Source of the DNA: an uncultured Clostridia bacterium
GTDB lineage: Bacteria; Bacillota; Clostridia; Christensenellales; UBA3700
Length of the DNA: 64,000 bases
Direction: 5' to 3'
Assembly: GCA_945992255.1 (NCBI GenBank)
Contig: CAMFVQ010000058.1
Coordinates: 25,292-89,291, forward strand
Positions 63,301 to 64,000 of the stretch are shown in pieces. Position numbers and translations under genes: made by a program. Numbering within the stretch: the first letter of the stretch is position 1; each line of letters opens with the position of its first letter. The notes below the pieces were generated by a model. That model was not told the DNA's origin. It did not search any database and worked only from the letters and a program-made list of their open reading frames with translations.

Positions 63301-64000
63301 TCGACCTCATATCCTAATTGGTCATCAATTTTGTCAACAACAAATACTCTTTCACCTTTTTCCTTTATTTGGTTTACAAGTGCAATTTGTTCTTGCTTTT
63401 TCTTTTCGTTTTCTGCTCGAATATCTTCAGCTCTATTCCTCTTTCCTTGAACATATTCCAATTCTCTTTGCAACTCTTCAACGCTCATATCTTCAATGCG
63501 TTCTATGTCTAAACCGTAAAAATCGGTTTCATTATAAAACTTACCTGTGTGGTGCCAACCTGTATAAGACAAAAACTCTTTTTTCAGTTGTGACAATGTA
63601 AACTTAGACAAAATATCCAACTTCTCTTGCGATATATCATTATTGGACAAAACTTCCATTATTGCAGTCTTTGTCCACTTTGACATTGGCATTTCTCCGT
63701 TTTGATAGCTTTCGTAAGCATTTACGGACATACTTTGTCCTATATATCCTTTGCCTTTTAGTGAGTATTGAGTTTCATCTTTTGTAAAATTTTCAGTATT
63801 AGTGTTGACATTTTCTCTACTTTTGGATATATTATTTGTAGAAACATCATTGTCGGCTTGAAACTTCGAGTTTATCTCGTATGAGTTCATTATACCGCCA
63901 GTGATGTTTTTTATTTGTGTAATATCTTTTAATAATCTTCCTTTCGTGGTGATTATGGTGTTTATTTTTCCTTGATAAAAATTATTCCCTACCTTGAAAA
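57330..64000 (-). CDS. Giant multidomain (polyvalent-like) protein, 5' end outside the window
   Basis: The tracked ORF is 2186 aa, but the frame stays open from 63891 to 64000 (FKVGNNFYQGKINTIITTKGRLLKDITQIKNITGGI-MNSY...). It has the HExxH motif ILHELIHATT, repeated linker modules and C-terminal hydrophobic segments. Confidence 0.75.
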   Translation of the reverse strand, partial: FKVGNNFYQGKINTIITTKGRLLKDITQIKNITGGIMNSYEINSKFQADNDVSTNNISKSRENVNTNTENFTKDETQYSLKGKGYIGQSMSVNAYESYQNGEMPMSKWTKTAIMEVLSNNDISQEKLDILSKFTLSQLKKEFLSYTGWHHTGKFYNETDFYGLDIERIEDMSVEELQRELEYVQGKRNRAEDIRAENEKKKQEQIALVNQIKEKGERVFVVDKIDDQLGYEVEIGYKYNGKVVSKDNILDEQFYDRWVYNNEEQAYSFAQDRTEMLARGHIDLSNANMTTRASKWLKSIVDNAYTKEKNYVQFDMPIEKSKSKAVYLKGRKPTQSDYVSGLENYFHKGEERLQYNYDLELPAYELQVWNGKEWVGEQENFGNIEFENKIQYSKKPTATNIEETAEYEDTIFFVEELKQAITNGGRTSWSTSSILGEALRNTPSIDIISRLNNGEERIGQAFAHYLTNKKNIQELEDLLYFGATAHSQEWKSEHEKGLKRYAQLINQSLTEIAYTQTTINIEQGECTLKEIRTIFNVFNTNEDIKKLASKVFANAELSKLNISFGDSIDGYGYNNGREVVLDISYFNDAGYTNQHKAETILHELIHATTNCALSVYETNPSLLANEMRQACKTLNDIYNQIKDMKEFQNEYGKTSVYEMVAELSNERFRGKLQKVNLWTRIVDAIKKFFGIRTTTALEGASTALDYILDNTRLSRVELYYRLGDDEKALQYSRKITKEMTESESDNIPIIDLTSDKLLEEKLRGFTGAKKYSIIKQYLIENFSNVVFTLSDNKKAIMDNSDAKKLAQLADKARSVQLSNLRDVVEKAKFLNEVDVEHKKFSKMSYYLNKVMFNGEIFEIIINVGLTKNDKTYHIYDITKYNKEVVAKVNTNASGPEGNRIQNDFFTNNISNSKDKVNTLGEKFTKDNLEYSKKPSERADYVKARGKLETDKVYTKAEAEAIEKKVMELIGDEYTYAEIKHENDLIDELWRGLNRAKENEYTGIACKIADTILANAIVQDMRTDAVESARETIDALRPYLQGIKFRDTDKQEIKYKYDKQAIKIYGRWGAKNGQGISLDQLVQDQNLQYLLGDTYTTQDILEKLEETYQNAKDTIDNQVGKEIKDTLDSEELHSLRAAMVRTILKEKDKVGTKTLWKKLTGDLQTQIDTHFNINRTMYNIDRIKAMKKNGMAMELSRIFSSVNKLVYQGNIRVSAIHKVMVELNKWYSMDNPQLADLGYGEVVLVEELKEKISYLAEITADTKTISSQSIKMLDEVMAKIYHIANTYKKVYQNGKWANATEQAVKYEAIDRTNRTTPQAERKFFGKLLDKARSALEYVIDPMSVMRYHDGYNKKGFWTSMFSQFREGVMNKERRQMEIQLPLDKFLAEHKGYEYDKRTITYNGQEIPLQVALTLYMTMQREDALSGLLYNGFVYTDTEGNEVRVKGVATSEIVEEELTSVAKHHLAQLKSQLNETDLAYVTIIEDIFNKQCREEKRRTDIIRFGGSNVKNTYYIPIKRYGVKAMTVGDITYETFDNLDNASFNKNTVKNAHMLEIKPLQNVALKHIKEVTTYAHLQIPIDNFKKLYNMDLSAVVDGIENKNSAKRLGDLLEWKKGQQYLNDMVQRAVGVRAKRSGFDMFFEKIRGNTAVALLALNVKVLFTQLSSYMASWHILSTKSLLKAMFMPYKKIEIDKYCPLAQVRNYENTAVLSLSLKEDKLGKLQEKMMKPIGMADRFVVSRVFQACCVEVADTLGIDINSEECKIKAGEMLEKVILETQQNTMVTEKSAMMRSDNILARTFTMFSSDAMKNISRVIDSVGEKIALKERLAQAKKSNNQAEITELENLLKKNAKQLAKSAATMSAIAMYTSILAVLFSKLYNLDDDDESFGEAILTEFGASWLAGIPIIKEIYNLFTEGYAIEEFTLGTLNDSLSAVQGFGKAIGSGDNKKLANSTKKLIFSMGTLCGIPTKNMYRLFYGAANVIDDEAVYKWDSKFYNMPLAKDLARAMKKEDADRINTITAVALSDKVGDTSSELNKELARLVKVSGETTFFPKSLKQTFVYEKESYTLTKTELKSAKKQYEQANKKVEELIKSKNYAKANDTEKQAMIKFVYDYFFEDTIVNSIAEEKSKTMLFVSGIDIVSMATIVGLAKNIKADTDRNGQVIPGSKKKKIVQMLESQRLTANQKYLMLAYLGYSTDMDKVNQYVHTLGLTRSEQKELLKHCG

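Overview
The window is low-GC Bacillota-like chromosome interrupted by a ~39.5 kb prophage. Host flanks are 1-15670 and 55160-64000. The left flank carries dapA'-dapB, the nif3-trmK-rpoD-dnaG operon on the minus strand, a dGTPase-like HD protein, ilvE, yigZ, tyrS, a NifU-like/GGGtGRT gene pair and small secreted or membrane proteins. The prophage is siphovirus-type, at about 15671-55159, and is visibly richer in CG-containing codons than its flanks. It sits inside a host signal-peptide/membrane protein gene whose two halves lie at 55158-55310 and 14929-15672. A large serine recombinase gene (53626-55152) abuts the right junction. Nearly all phage genes are on the minus strand. They include a CI/early-promoter switch with repeated palindromic operators, a phage sigma factor, and a DUF2800 nuclease / DUF2815 / PolA / VirE-type primase-helicase / VRR-NUC / SNF2 replication module with a GGTATAC iteron array. 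They also include a ParB-methyltransferase interrupted at a G8 tract, HNH plus terminase, an HK97-type head module, and tail genes with an A9 -1 frameshift site and a tRNA-like element. The strongest result is a complete diversity-generating retroelement (DGR). Its reverse transcriptase is at 18050-19150. The template repeat (TR, 19277-19387) and variable repeat (VR, 19484-19594) differ at 13 positions, all at TR adenines. The VR encodes the C-terminus of a tail-fibre protein. No Avd gene and no recognisable endolysin were found. To the right of the prophage are an EEP-family gene, a four-tRNA cluster (Val, Gly, Cys, Leu) and a giant ORF of more than 2220 codons that stays open to the window edge. 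That ORF has an HExxH motif and repeated linker modules, resembling polyvalent proteins of mobile elements. All functional calls rest on motif recognition by eye and on gene order; no database search was possible.
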